Source: Octopus vulgaris
Taxonomy: Eukaryota
Assembly: GCA_951406725.2 (NCBI GenBank)
Contig: OX597819.1
Span: forward strand, 40,362,001 to 40,426,000
DNA length: 64,000 nucleotides
Direction of reading: 5' to 3'
Both the position numbers and the translations under genes were made by a program. Shown here piece after piece: positions 13,266 to 26,202 of this stretch (its first letter is position 1; each line of letters starts with the position of its first letter). The notes under the pieces were generated by a model that saw only the letters and a program-made list of their open reading frames with translations, did no database searches and was not told where the DNA came from.

Positions 13266-15213
13266 GATTACAGTGGGAGTAGTTCCAGAGAACATAAGCC
13301 ACTAAAGTCATCAACAAGCTTGGATATAACTATTGATATCTTAATCCCAAAGAGTTTGTGGTTTAAGAGCTATGTTTTTAATCTTTATTTTCATCACAAC
13401 TCCATTTATCTCTCTAGATAGAAAGGTAATGTGCGTTTTCTCTCCAGCTGTTAACAAACCTGCCTAGAAAACAAAAAAATATCACTGACTTGGGTTTCCT
13501 GTGAAAACCAGCAAAGCAAGCATAGAAACAAATATTTTCTTTACCAATCTGAAATTTTCTTTTTAATGCTTTTACAATCCCTTCACACTCCACTTTAATC
13601 AATGGTATCTGCTAATGTAGTTTGTATGCTTATACAAATTCACATAATTTCAGCAATTGCTGGATTATAAACTGCTTTTATATATGCCAAGCATTACACT
13701 GAAGTGATAATGGCAGTTACATACTTTAGCACAACACAATGAGTAACAATATTGATCAAGAGAATAACAATGTTCTATGTAGATTTGATGAACTCATGAT
13801 ATGATATGTGTGTGTATGTATGAGAGAGTGAGAGATAGTGTAAAAGTTAAAGTAACTATTACACTGTAAATCTCTAAGGAGGCAACCAGAATTGGGAATA
13901 TGGATGTGATCAGTAAAACAAGCAACAACAGCTTCATGTCTTGTAGTGGAAATGATAACATAGAAGCAAAATTCTGGACATTGATATTTCAGTGTTCAAA
14001 TAAGATTAAATAAAGTTAACTCCACAAAACCTTTCTTTTTTAATCCTTTCGTAAAAAAGATGATGCGAATAAAATATTTATCAGTCATATGAAATAACAA
14101 AAAAAAAAGTCATGTCTGGAAACAAGTTTTATTTATTTATTTATACTTCACCAGAGCTAATTCTGTAGGTATTTTAAAAATGTTTACAGAAATATAAACT
14201 CAGAGACAATGAAGATGATTCCATCTTGACAACCAATAGTTCACAGTATCATCTCTGAGACATTGTTACCTTACACATTGCTCAAATATCCACGTTGAAG
14301 GGAAGGAAATATTTAGATCTATTATGGCTACTCCAAGAAGGAGTATTATATGGTGAAGACACTGAAAAGTATTCCAACGAAATACCTCAGTAGACTCATC
14401 TCTTTTTATTCATTTTCCATTTCCCATTTGGAAAGACAGTAGTTCAAATTTGAATTAATTTGGTTCAAATATATATACATTTATGTCTGTGATTGTGTGT
14501 ATATATATATGGATAGATATATGTGCGTATATATTATTACACTCCTACTACCCATTTCAATGATGTGATTGAACTTCTTTGATCACAGTTAGCAATATTG
14601 TTGACAAGTCACAAGCCACAATGGCTAAAAAAAAAAAAGGAAAAAAGAAACCAAAACCAATCACAAGATCAATGAAATATTAATACAGTCCAAGATAAGC
14701 AAAAAGCAAAAAAAAAATAATAATAAAGTAAAATATCAGCATTCACTTCAATGAATAACATCACATTTCATTATATTTGTTTTCAAATTGATAAAAGAAC
14801 CTTATTTTCAAAACCTCAACAGCCATTGTTTAACACAGTTTAAGTATGCAGACCTAAAGGTATCTGTATGTGTGTATATGTGCATGCAGGTATGTGTGTG
14901 TGTAATTTTTATGTCAACAAGATTAAATTTACTTGCACTGAGAGAAAGTTAAAAAAAAAAACACAAAAATATTCCAATGATAGAAATCACATCAATATTA
15001 ATAATGAGATTGCAATTGTCACATGACCCAAGAGATTTGTTCACAAAGGAGAGAGACCAATTCTTAAAGGAGAAAAAAAAAATGCTCCTTTAAGAAAAGA
15101 TTTTAAAAGATTGATTTCCTATTTTTCTCGTTTAATATGATAAGATAGACTATTTTTTAAACTTCATTATTTTCCTGCTATTACTGATGTTAAAAAAGAA
15201 GGGGGAAAATATT

Positions 15214-15425
15214 TTAACCGTTTAGCGTTCAGATTACTCTATCAAATGTAATGCCTATTTATTCACATGGCTTTGAATTACTCAAGTAATGTCTTGTAGA
15301 TTTGAGATTTTGATGGTGTGACTGTTTATTTTTACCATGACATTGTAGAGAGGCCATATCTGGTCAGTTTGAACATAAAAGAGAATATTTTGGATGGATA
15401 TAGCCGGTTTAAATATTAAAGGTAA
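15214..15425. mobile_element. piggyBac-like MITE (family P)
   Basis: TTAA-ccgtttagcgttcagattactct..gccggtttaaatattaaaggtaa. Confidence 0.7.
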
Positions 15426-17467
15426 TGCATGTTATAATGATTAATGATATATTAAATAAAATTAAAATTGTCTTTAAAAGACAACTCTAATTTTCACCAA
15501 ACTTAATATACTAATTATTAGTATATAAAAGAATGCAACCAGAACTCAACTAATTTTCAAATTTCAAACAAGTATTTTCAACAAGGACCAAGGGATATAT
15601 TTATTTAAAAAACTAATTTCTCTGCTTGTGTTTATTATCAATGGTCTTGCAAAAGCTAGAAACACATGTTCAGTAAGATGCCAATAAAATATTACAGAAA
15701 ACGCTTTCCATTATTGTTATAATTAGCCCTTTACATTTATTCATTTTCATTTGCAGCAAACATTACAACCTGTACAAGCATTATCCCACTTTCTTCTGAA
15801 GTTTGGCCCTCAAAAATGTATGCTCCCCTCCCATTTTGTGTTCTCTTTCCAATTTTCCTGAATTATTTCCTTTTTCTTCTTTCCACACATTACACATTAA
15901 ATGAATCACTTCAAAATTCAAGTTCATCTATCCGATTATAAGCACACACCCAAATTCCAAGACTTATAAACAATACCAAGTGTCCCAATATGAATGATAA
16001 AGTTGGAATTGTAATATCAGTAATTTTGAGTTCAAGGCAAATGCAGAATAATTTTTATCAACAAAGTTTGGAAAGAACTACATATCAATTCAAGTTATTA
16101 AATTATTAATATTTACAAGACAATCCAAGAACAACGAGAAAGTAATGACACATAAACATCCCATTTAAAGCTTGACAACTTCAGACCAATGTTTTCTCTA
16201 ATATTTTTAGTAGCCACGATCCACTAAAATTTTATGTTGTTCAAATTTTTCCTTTGAGAAAAAAGTATGTATGCAGTAAATACATAGATTTAACTATAAA
16301 TTACTTTATTATTTTAAGTGGATAAACCTTATAAACACATATTTTCTTGTATGCATATTCATTTCATTTGTGTTCTGGTTGCAAAACATGTATGCATCTA
16401 CGCATGCATGAAACTTAGTAGAAACAATTCTTGAGAACAGTGATTTTCACACAAAAATTATGAATAGAGCAAATGGAGAGCTAAGAAAAGTAGGTGTTCA
16501 TGAAATCTGAGTAGATAGTTGGGGAGACATGATCACCTACATGAAGAAGAACCAAATGAAAGCAATAAGATCAACAGATGGCAATGTCACTATGGTACCC
16601 AAATTAAAGATACATCAGGATTATATCAACGTGTGTTGACAAATTCAAGTTTAGTAAAAGAATTTAATGACCTAGTTTCTATCAAAACTAGGTCATATGA
16701 ATGAAACACTGTATTATATCCAATCGAAAGTATTATCCAAGAAAATCTCTTCAACAACACCCGGAGATATTTAAACTTCTTGTAATCCTTGCTGATTCAA
16801 TTTCTGGCTTGTCCAAAGAGGTCAACCAAAATATATTTTCAACCTGAATTTACCAAGGAGTATACTTGGAATATGGACATAAAATGGCTAGACTCCACTT
16901 TTCTTATCACCATGTGAAGAGAAAAATAAAACAGAATAGCCTGAATCACGAAAAATTTAAGCAGAAATGGCATTAACTTCTATTGATAGATATAGCTGAA
17001 ATTTCCAGGGTATTCAATCTATCTAAGATATTGAATGATAAAACATTCAAAGTCATAACTTTTTGAATTCCAAAGAAAACCAATTCCAAATCAGAAAGTG
17101 ATTGTTGAGTGAAGATTATTGATATATTGGAAGACATTGAAAAGAATGGTTTTTGAAAAAAGAAAAAATGGACAAAAGGCTGTCTAATAAATTAAGGACA
17201 TAAAATTAATGTTCACTGAAAATATTTCTCAAGACATCCACACTTTGATAGGCGCTTCACCTATGACATAGTTTGAATAGAATATTTGAAATAAGATTAA
17301 GCAGAGCTATGATGAAGCGAATTGCTCTATGACATCACAACATATTCTGTTATGTTAACCTTAAAAAAACACCCCAAGAACAATCACCAATGCATTTAAT
17401 GCTATTCATAATTTTGGAAGATGACAAGGATTATTGCCTGAAACTCCTGATGTTTCTAAAACTGTTG

Positions 17468-17818
17468 TATATACATATACATATATATACATATACATAT
17501 ATATACTATATATATATACATACTATATACATATACATACTATATACATACTATATACTATATACATATATACACATATATACATATATATATATACACA
17601 CGTATATATATATATATGTATATATACACATATATATATATACACATACACATATATACATACACATATATATATACATACATACACATATATATATACA
17701 TACATATATATATTTACATATATATATACATATATATATATACATACATATATATATATACACATACATATATATATACACATACATATATATATACACG
17801 TATACATATATATATACA
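17468..17818. repeat. Compound (TA)n/(CA)n low-complexity microsatellite, ~350 bp
   Basis: Directly visible; source of several Y/I/H/T-rich pseudo-ORFs. Confidence 0.95.
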
Positions 17819-18073
17819 AGCAGAGATTCATCATTTGTTGAATTCTGGATTTGTTAGTTTGGTGGATTGAAAGGAATGATAGCAAAAGGAGTTGGTCTGT
17901 AACAATTTTTCTTTATATATATATCTCTCAAGATATATAAAATATTTAAAAAAACGGACACAGATTTTGATACTGTGTAATCAAACCACATATCTATGTT
18001 GCAATCACTTGAGTAAACTGTTAAATGACGATCAGTTAGAAAAAGAATTTACAAACACATACCCTCAGTATAA

Positions 18074-18109
<36 letters not shown>

Positions 18110-18264
18110 CATATTTCTGGAAAAAGGTGATGATTCACTCTGTCGCTACTCAGAGTTTTTCACTGTGTGTGATAATTCTGATGATTGTTTTATCACCTAA
18201 ATATATATATATACTCTACACCATGTGTTGAGTATTCTTTCATTTGTACCTCCAAATGATTGTC

Positions 18265-18302
<38 letters not shown>

Positions 18303-19729
18303 CAGTCCATTCCTTGGAGGACTTTGGTTGTCAACTTGCACAATTTATGAAGAGAATGGCTTTGAGTTATAAAGGTAAAAATAAAAACAAAAAAAAAAAA
18401 CAAAAGAAAAACTATGTTGACATATGTATGACTGTGTATTGCATAAGTGTACATGTTTTAATTTGTATCACTGTTGTAATTATTTTATAGTATGCTATTT
18501 GCAATGGGTATTAAGTACAAAATACCAAGCATATTAGAAAAAAAACTCCAAACCTTCCTAAATATTATACTTTCTCCTTTAATACTGCAGAGTGAAAGCA
18601 ACAGTTATTTTCAACATGATAAACTGTTATATATACCTAGAGGTATAATTTAGTGGCTGTAGCTTAGTTTGGATTCAAGTAGCTTTATTTCAATGTTGAT
18701 GTGGTGCAGATGAGAACAAATTATTTACGTATTTATTTTTTTAATCCCCATAATCTTACATGGTACAAAAAAAAAATCTACCATCCCACAAATAGAATAT
18801 ACCAATTAAAATTCCTATAAGCAAAATAAGTAATTTGAGACAGGTCATCCCACTCATTTTTAGTGTCTTCTTCCCACTTTTTTTTATGCAAAAAGAAAAG
18901 AAAATATATTTATCCTATAAGTTAAAACATAAGGTAACCACTACTAAGAATGTAGCACAAAATGATCCAAAGACCCAGTCTTTGGCTATTACAAGAATGC
19001 TATTAAAAAAAAAGGAAACAATGGGAGAAAGAAGTATTTTTATAATGACTGCAACAATCTTTTTCATTTCCCTTTTATAGCTTAAGTCTGTGTAGGGTTT
19101 TGGTTTTCAACAAGTTTATGTAAATTAAATTTGTACACATTTTTTAATGAATAAAACCAAATATATATATACATATATATTATATATACATACATATATT
19201 ATATATATATATATGTATATATATACAAAAGAGGGAAGATTTCATGAATATGAACTGTTAGCATAAAACTTAGCATTTTCTTAAAATAAGACCATAACAT
19301 TATGTATTCATATTGTGCCAGAGCCAGGCTTACGAGTATACTGAATTTTTCAAGTGGGAGAAGAAAACAAAAGTAAAAAAAAAGTAAAAGAAAACAAGGC
19401 CTCTTGGACTAGATTCTTCAATTTGGTGAGGTATAGATTTTATCTTTCTCATTGACTGAAAATAACATTTTGTTAATTGTTTTCTTGGCTGTTTTATTTA
19501 TTTATTTGTTTATTTTGTCTAATTTCGATTCTCTCTCCTGCACCTAAAAATTTTTCCATAAACATATGGTCCGGTTTTAACACATACAATCTTGGTTTCA
19601 TTGTCAAGAATCTGTAGGGAAGCTTGAAAATCTGACTCATTGTTTAAAATCATTTTCCTCCCTGCCTAACATATTGATCTTCTCAGCATGTTTCTGGTCA
19701 CAAATTAATTCCAACTGGTCATGCAAATG

Positions 19730-19948
19730 CTATGTTCCAATGGCTTCACCATATTTTATTCTCTGTCCAGGCTCCACGTTGAATGTAAAATCCTTAGGAG
19801 CCTCAAAAATAAGAACAATGGTGGAACCTAAATTGAATTCACCAAAGAGATCACCTTTCCCAACTTCAATTCCAGGACTTTGTTCATTTGGTAAATACTT
19901 GTCAGTGTTATTACCATCTGGTTTTTTCCATGTATTTGTGGCAAGTTC
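19730..19948 (-). CDS. PISD: Phosphatidylserine decarboxylase, last coding exon with the LGST autocleavage (pyruvoyl) site
   Basis: ELATNTWKK...[44 protein letters not shown]. LGST at 19831-19820 predicts a 31-aa alpha chain. Acceptor ttacag at 19950-19949. Confidence 0.97.
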   Translation of the reverse strand, partial: [72 protein letters not shown]

Positions 19949-20608
19949 CTGTAACAGGTAGAACAAGTATTCATAAATACAATGTCATAACAATTAACCA
20001 CAGTTGTACATCAAACAAAAAAAAAACAAAACATTCTAACATTAACACAAGTACACTAAATTCTTTGTCTGAAATAAATTCACAGCACCTTGGGCAAGTG
20101 TCCTCTGCAAGAGATCAGCTGAAGCCTTCTGAATGAAATTTGGTTGATGGAAACAACATAGAGGCCTGTTGGAGGGAATGTTCTAATTTCTGGACAGTAA
20201 TCCCAAATCTGTCCTCCACCTCATTGTTTTACATCTGCTTTCCATAGTATGGGGTAAATGAGTTGTAGTTGGAGTCAGCAGGTATTCAGGGATTCTAGAC
20301 AGGCTAAGGAACTTGTCTTGCTTGGATTTCATTTTTAGTACGGTTTCTACAGCTGGATGCCCTTTCTAACATCAACCACTTTGCAGAGTGTACTAGGTGC
20401 ATTTTTCAAAGTACCAGTATAAGAGAAGTGTCAACAGGACCAAAAGGGCCCATACAACCCCAACAAATTTGTTTAGCGCACAATATGACAGTCATTAACA
20501 CCATAAGAATTCATTTGTTTCTATTGATAAAACCATCATTTAATTTTATACAAAAGTGAAACTACCAAAGCAATATATTGAAATATAGGCAAAACATATG
20601 AAACTTAC

Positions 20609-20769
20609 ATGATCATTATAAATACGGATGGAACCGACGTTGGTAGCCCCTACAGCGGTCATCGAAAAAAATCCATGTTTCCAAAGTCCTACATACATAG
20701 CACGCTCATTAAGGTTGAATAGTCCTTTGATCCACCGTGCCATACCAGGATGTACACTCAGTAATTCAC
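20609..20769 (-). CDS. PISD: Phosphatidylserine decarboxylase, internal coding exon (161 nt, phase 1/0)
   Basis: (G)[53 protein letters not shown] has the conserved NER and VGATNVGSI motifs. Acceptor ttccag at 20771-20770, donor gtaagt at 20608. Phases are compatible with both neighbouring exons. Confidence 0.97.
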
Positions 20770-21597
20770 CTGGAAATGTGAACAAAATTAAAAAAGTAAA
20801 TAAAAATTGGTGAAAAATATTGCTGGAAGCGAAAAGTAAAAATGCTTTATGCATTCTGCCTTGAATTGTTGTTAATTGTTGCACATAGTTTGAATAGTTC
20901 TTCTGTTTTGTCATCAAAAAATGTAAAGAAATTGAGGGATAATCAGTATGTATGGAGTTGTAGCTAGCTCAGCTGATGGAAAGTCAAAAGAGACAGGATG
21001 ATCTTGACTTGAATGCCTTTGATCATAATACAGGACTGTTGTTTAATCCAGGTCAAAGGACTAACCAGCATCTGGTTGGTACTTATCAACTGAGTAGACT
21101 GGAGCAAGATGAAATGAAGTGGCTTGCTCAGGGACACAACACATTATCTACTCCAGAAATCAAATCCATAACCCTATGATCATGAGTCCAACACTCTAAC
21201 CATTAGGCCATGCACTCACAATTTCACTGGTTTAATCTAAAAGAAAGGGTTGTGTCCATAGCCTTTACAGGCTCCCTCCCACCATTGGGACTGAATTGTT
21301 GAGGAAAGCTCTTATGGACTAATCGTTAACGACACGGATCACCATCAATTTTTTTTTAATGATGGATTTTATCCAGAAACATACCATGATCAAAAACTAT
21401 TAAATGGTTATGAGAAGAATGCCTTTCATCATATATCTATTGGATCCGGTTCAGTCTTGGACTAAACAGTTACAAAAACAACATGTTCCCTGATTCAAGA
21501 AAGTATTTGTTACCAAGCAACAACGTTAGTGCAAAAAAAAAAAAAAATGCAACAAAATGTGAAAGGCAAACATAAACAAAAACAATGTTCAACCAAC

Positions 21598-22015
21598 CTG
21601 GAAAATGTCTTCGGAAGTAAACTATCCAGTCTGTAGGGGAATGAAAGCGGTGATAGTCTCCGGGTGCCAAGTAAATAACACAATGATATAATACATTATC
21701 TGGATGGATCAGCTGGGAAAGAATCTTCTGGTTTTGGTCAATGTGGGCATTTACATTATTATGACTGTTGTTTATGTCCTCTCGAAGAGATGATGATGAC
21801 AAAGAGGAGGAAGAGGACATTGATGAAGAGTCTGGTGAAGATGATTGTGAGGATGATGATGATAATGAGGATGAAGATGACGATGATGAAAATGGGGATT
21901 TCCAACTAACTGGTCCAATGAAACCCTCAACAGAAAAGTTCACTCCTTTAACTTGCTTGATAACACCATTCTCCACTCGACCGAAATGTGTGATAGTACC
22001 ATCTGAAGGACTTGT
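21598..22015 (-). CDS. PISD: Phosphatidylserine decarboxylase, internal coding exon (418 nt, phase 0/1)
   Basis: [35 protein letters not shown]...[32 protein letters not shown] contains the catalytic Asp (SPSDG) and His (YHRFH) motifs. Acceptor tttcag at 22017-22016, donor gttggt at 21597. The intron to the previous exon is 15,868 bp. Confidence 0.96.
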
Positions 22016-22804
22016 CTGAAAAGTATAAAGAGAAAAGGACAATTACTAACAAGAAAAGGTAAATAGTAATATCACAATTTTTTTTTCTATCTTTTAGTCA
22101 GAAAGAAAAGTGGTACCTTTGACTCTTTAGAAAGCCCCTGAGACTGGTGGTGGGGAGGAGAGAGAGGAAAGTATTCTTGCACCCGAGACCTTAAGGACTT
22201 TGGGACCTTAACTCCTGATGGAATAGGGCCATTGCGTCTCCACGAACTCAATAATAGGTTAACAAATTATACCAATTAATTCTAAACTAAGAAACCAGAA
22301 CTATTCATTGACTTTTTTTTATACACACCTTGGTTTATATAATTTCACTGAGAAGTCAGCTTAGACTGCTTTATACTTATGGATTAAACTAAGCAATGCT
22401 AATTATGCTACAAATTCAGTCATTTGCATAAATAATTGGCACATGAATTCATAAATGGATAGTATTTGCAATTCTAACCACTCAACAATGAAGTGAGACA
22501 GCTACTTACTGTAACTTAGATGGATTTAAAGAACTACTGATGCTGTTTAGCCCTTGGGTAGATCTGATCAGGCAAAGAAACCTATGATCAAAGTATTCCA
22601 ACATTCTTCATGCCTTCTCATTTTCAGACAGTGTATCTAGAGTTATGAACTGCATTGCGGTCAACTTGTTCAAGAGAAAGGTGACTCCAAATTACAGACA
22701 GGGTCACTAGAGCCAGTGTCATGATAGAAAATATACTGAACCCTTGCTGTAAAGTAGGTGAGGTTTTTCAAGACTCATCCAGCCCATGTATGTGGTAAAA
22801 AGAA

Positions 22805-23022
22805 TTAACCATTTAGCATTTAAACCAGCCTTATCTGGTCCAAATAATCTACCAGTTTTATGATCAAACCAGCTAGATTTGACCTCTCATACAGATCCTT
22901 CAATGTCATTCTAAAAATAAACAATTACATCATCAAAATCTCAGAGTTACAAGATGATGCATGATTAATTCAAAACTGGATAGACATTACACTTGACAGA
23001 GTAATCTGAATGCTAAGGGGTT
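22805..23022. mobile_element. piggyBac-like MITE (family P)
   Basis: TTAA-ccatttagcatttaaacc..gagtaatctgaatgctaagggg. Confidence 0.7.
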
Positions 23023-23389
23023 TTTATTTTTTATATTTTATTTAGTTTCAGCTCACAAGCTGTGGCCATGCTGGGGCACCGCCATTCAAATACAATCAAA
23101 GATAAACAGAGAGGGAAATAACATAATTCTAATAAAAAAAATTTTTATTAGATAAAATTAAAGTCTTAATCTGTCACTGTTGCAAGAAGCAACGCTTTCA
23201 AATAATCCTTATAGACATGGCAGTGTGCGTGTGTGCACGTGCACGCGTGTGTGTGTGTCCTTGTACACATGAGTTTAGAAAGTACCAATGCTTTGCGGCA
23301 ATGAGTCAGTAGATGTGTTGAGAACAAGACAGAATGACATACATGTTTCTATTTGTGAGAGAGAGAGAGAAAGCATGATACATGCAGTC

Positions 23390-23427
<38 letters not shown>

Positions 23428-23437
23428 GACTGCATGT

Positions 23438-23482
<45 letters not shown>

Positions 23483-24574
23483 GAAAGAAAAATCATAATA
23501 TATACAATATATTACACAGTGTTGAAAGATAAAGATAGAATGATATACACAAACACACACATAATTAAATGGGATAGAAAGAAAAAATTATATACATGCA
23601 TATGCATACATGAGAGAGAGACAGACCGACAGAGAGAAACGAAGCAGGCCGAGAGAGAGAGATCAGAACAAGGCTGATCAAAGCCATACTGCAGCCACAT
23701 GCATGTACACACTTGCACACATGCATAACTGCTGCAGTATTGTAGTTCATGCTGCTCCGACACGTGACTGTTAATGTATGTCTTCGTGAACAGTCGTTCT
23801 TTCTATTTTCTTCTTCTACTTAGAAACAGTTGAGAGAGAACCCCCACCAAAAAAAAAAAACCCCAAAAAAACTGCAAAATAATTGAAAAAAAAATAACCA
23901 AAGGAAATCAATAAAACGTTTCAAACATTACTGCTAGAAAAAAATATAAAAGAAAAAAAAATATATTAGAACAGCACCACCGCACTAACTTCATTCTACT
24001 CGTGGACACATGCAGCCTTCATTTTTCTTCACCTACCACTACTCTTAGTCTCCGCCCACTACCTCACTCCCACCAGGCCAACTATGCAGCTTGGATCTCT
24101 GGAGTACTGGCATGTAAGGGTCACTGTTTTATACTAATTGGTTATTTTAAGAGGAGAAAAACATAAATTGAAAACATAACAGTTCAATTTTGTAACAGTT
24201 CACATGTCCTAGTTAGTTTATTACATTCAACACTAACAACATGGTTACATTTAATTCATTTTGTATCACCGGTGATCATGTAATAAATTTGTATTCCAGT
24301 CTTCTACTGAGCTGTGTGGTTGGTAAATGCATGAACCTTTTGGGGAATCAGTGCTGCAAACAAAAGGCAGTAAAGGCTAAAGAGTTTGAGGCCAAAGGAG
24401 AGGCATTTCAGAACAGTTGACAACAGCTGTGTCACTAAGCCAACAAAGGAGCCATTGCGCAGATGCTCGATCTGCAGAAATAGCAGCCAAATATCCCTCC
24501 ACTCACACCTCTCAAAATAAATAAATAAATAAAGGGTATATCTGACACATGTAGCCCAATAAATACACTTAGCA

Positions 24575-24975
24575 TCTCTCTTTACTCTTTCTCTTTTACT
24601 AGTTTCAGTCATTTGACTGCAGCCATGCTGGAGCACCGCCTTTAGTCGAGCAAATCGACCCCGGGACTTATTCTTTGAAAGCCCAGTACTTATTCTATCG
24701 GTCTCTTGCTGAACCGCTAAGTGACGGGGACATAAACACACAAGCATCGGTTTTCAAGCAATGCTAGGGGGACAAACACAGACACACAAACACACACACA
24801 TATATATATATACAACGGGCTTCTTTCAGTTTCCATCTACCAAATCCACTCACAAGGCTTTGGTTGGCCCGAGGCTATAGTAGAAGATACTTGCCCAAGG
24901 TGCAACACAGTGGGACTGAACTTGGAGCCATGTGGTTGGTAAGCAAGCTACTTACCACACAGCCACTCCTGCGCC
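24575..24975 (-). mobile_element. SINE family A, full length
   Basis: The minus strand begins ggcgcaggagtggctgtgtggtaag and ends with the gtaaaagag tail. Confidence 0.88.
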
Positions 24976-25499
24976 TACAACTGCATCAATAACTTTTACA
25001 ATCAAAAAGGAATAAAGATAATTTTTATTGAGCCATTTCAATGTTTACATTTCCAAATTGGAACATGTTTGAATAGAGCTTTAATACAGTGTCTCTCCCT
25101 GTACCTCAAACCTGCACATCCATCTCTGAAGACCAGTGTTGTCAAATCTGACCTAACTCCTTTTCCTCCAAATTTCCTTGGTTTAATTCTATTGTCGGGT
25201 ACACCACCACCTTTTTCATGCGGTGTGTATCATCCATCTGAATGTGGACTCCTATCAGCATACAACACAAGTACAAAAGTTCTAACTTGCATATTTAAAT
25301 CTCTAAGGCATTTTCATGTGTAAACGGAGAATACAGTTCCTAAATAAAAATGATGATTGTTTGCATGCCATTAGAAAAGTACAATATAAATATATTCCAG
25401 CCTTATAACCAGCTACATCTATATGGTCTAAGACAACAAAAAAAGTTTGAGTCTAGAAGGTCTGAGAGACAGAAAACGGTTTGACAAATGGATTTACCT

Positions 25500-26071
25500 T
25501 TAACCCATTAACATGCAGATTACTCGACCAAATTTAATGCTCATTTATTGATATTGTTTTCAATTAATCATGCATTATGTCCTAGCTTTGAGGATTTGAT
25601 AATGCAACTTAATTTTTTGAATGTCATTGTAGGGCTGGTGTGAGAGACCAAATTTGGCTGGATCATCATCATCATCATCATCGTCGTTTAGCATCTGCTT
25701 TCCATGCTAGCATGGGTTGGACGGTTCAACTGGTGTTTGGGAAGCCAGAAGGCTGCACCAGGCCCAGTCTGATCTGGCAATGTTTCTATGGCTGGATGCC
25801 CTTCCTAACGCCAACTACTCAGTGAGTGTAGTGGGTGCTTTTTACGTGCCACTGGCACAGGTGCCAGACGAGGCTGGCAAACGGCCACAATCGGATGGTG
25901 CTTTTTACATGCCACCGACACGGGGGCCAGGCGAGGCTGGCAACGGCCACAAACGGATGGTGCTTTTTACATGCCACCGGCACAAGGCCAGTCGGGGCGG
26001 CGCTGGCAACGGCCACGTTCGGATGGTTCTAGTTCGGATGGATATAGTCGGTTTAAATGTTAAAGGATTAA
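25500..26071. mobile_element. piggyBac-like MITE (family P) interrupted by a family E element (25662-26030)
   Basis: TTAA-cccattaacatgcagattactc.. on the left, ..gtcggtttaaatgttaaagga-TTAA on the right. A (CAT)n-tailed family E copy with 62-66 bp tandem units lies inside. Confidence 0.72.
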
Positions 26072-26202
26072 TTGTTTAGTTTCAACAATACTAGAAACAA
26101 CCCCACACTCCACTGTAGCTCTGGTTAACAAAGCAATTGTCTTCAGTGTAACTGATGCAATATAGGAAGCTATTCTGTCTTTGTTAGCAAGTACATAAAC
26201 AA

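Larger units (their letters stand above)
11940..19729 (-). other. Candidate very long PISD 3' UTR
   Basis: Directly follows the stop codon and is U-rich on the minus strand. Contains only one recognisable MITE and microsatellites. AATAAA on the minus strand at 11976-11971 is followed by a U/GU-rich tract at ~11920-11870. Many closer AATAAA hexamers also exist, so the end point is uncertain. Confidence 0.4.

Noticed and set aside
17390-17885. Several 80-155 aa Y/I/H/T-rich ORFs
   Set aside because: Stop-free frames produced by the (TA)/(CA) microsatellite. The same applies to similar ORFs at 12.6k, 13.2k, 23.3k, 31.1k, 42.1k, 46.4k and 54.9k.
21768-22019. Acidic D/E-rich 83-aa ORF on the + strand
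   Set aside because: It is the antisense reading of the PISD poly-Ser exon and has no independent support.
25834-26030. Regularly spaced repeats superficially like a CRISPR array
   Set aside because: Whole units are homologous (no unique spacers), the context is eukaryotic, and there are no cas genes.
25717-26079. 120-aa GC-rich ORF with a paralogue at 55703-56074
   Set aside because: It lies within the family E tandem-repeat element; the similarity reflects repeat copies, not a gene family.
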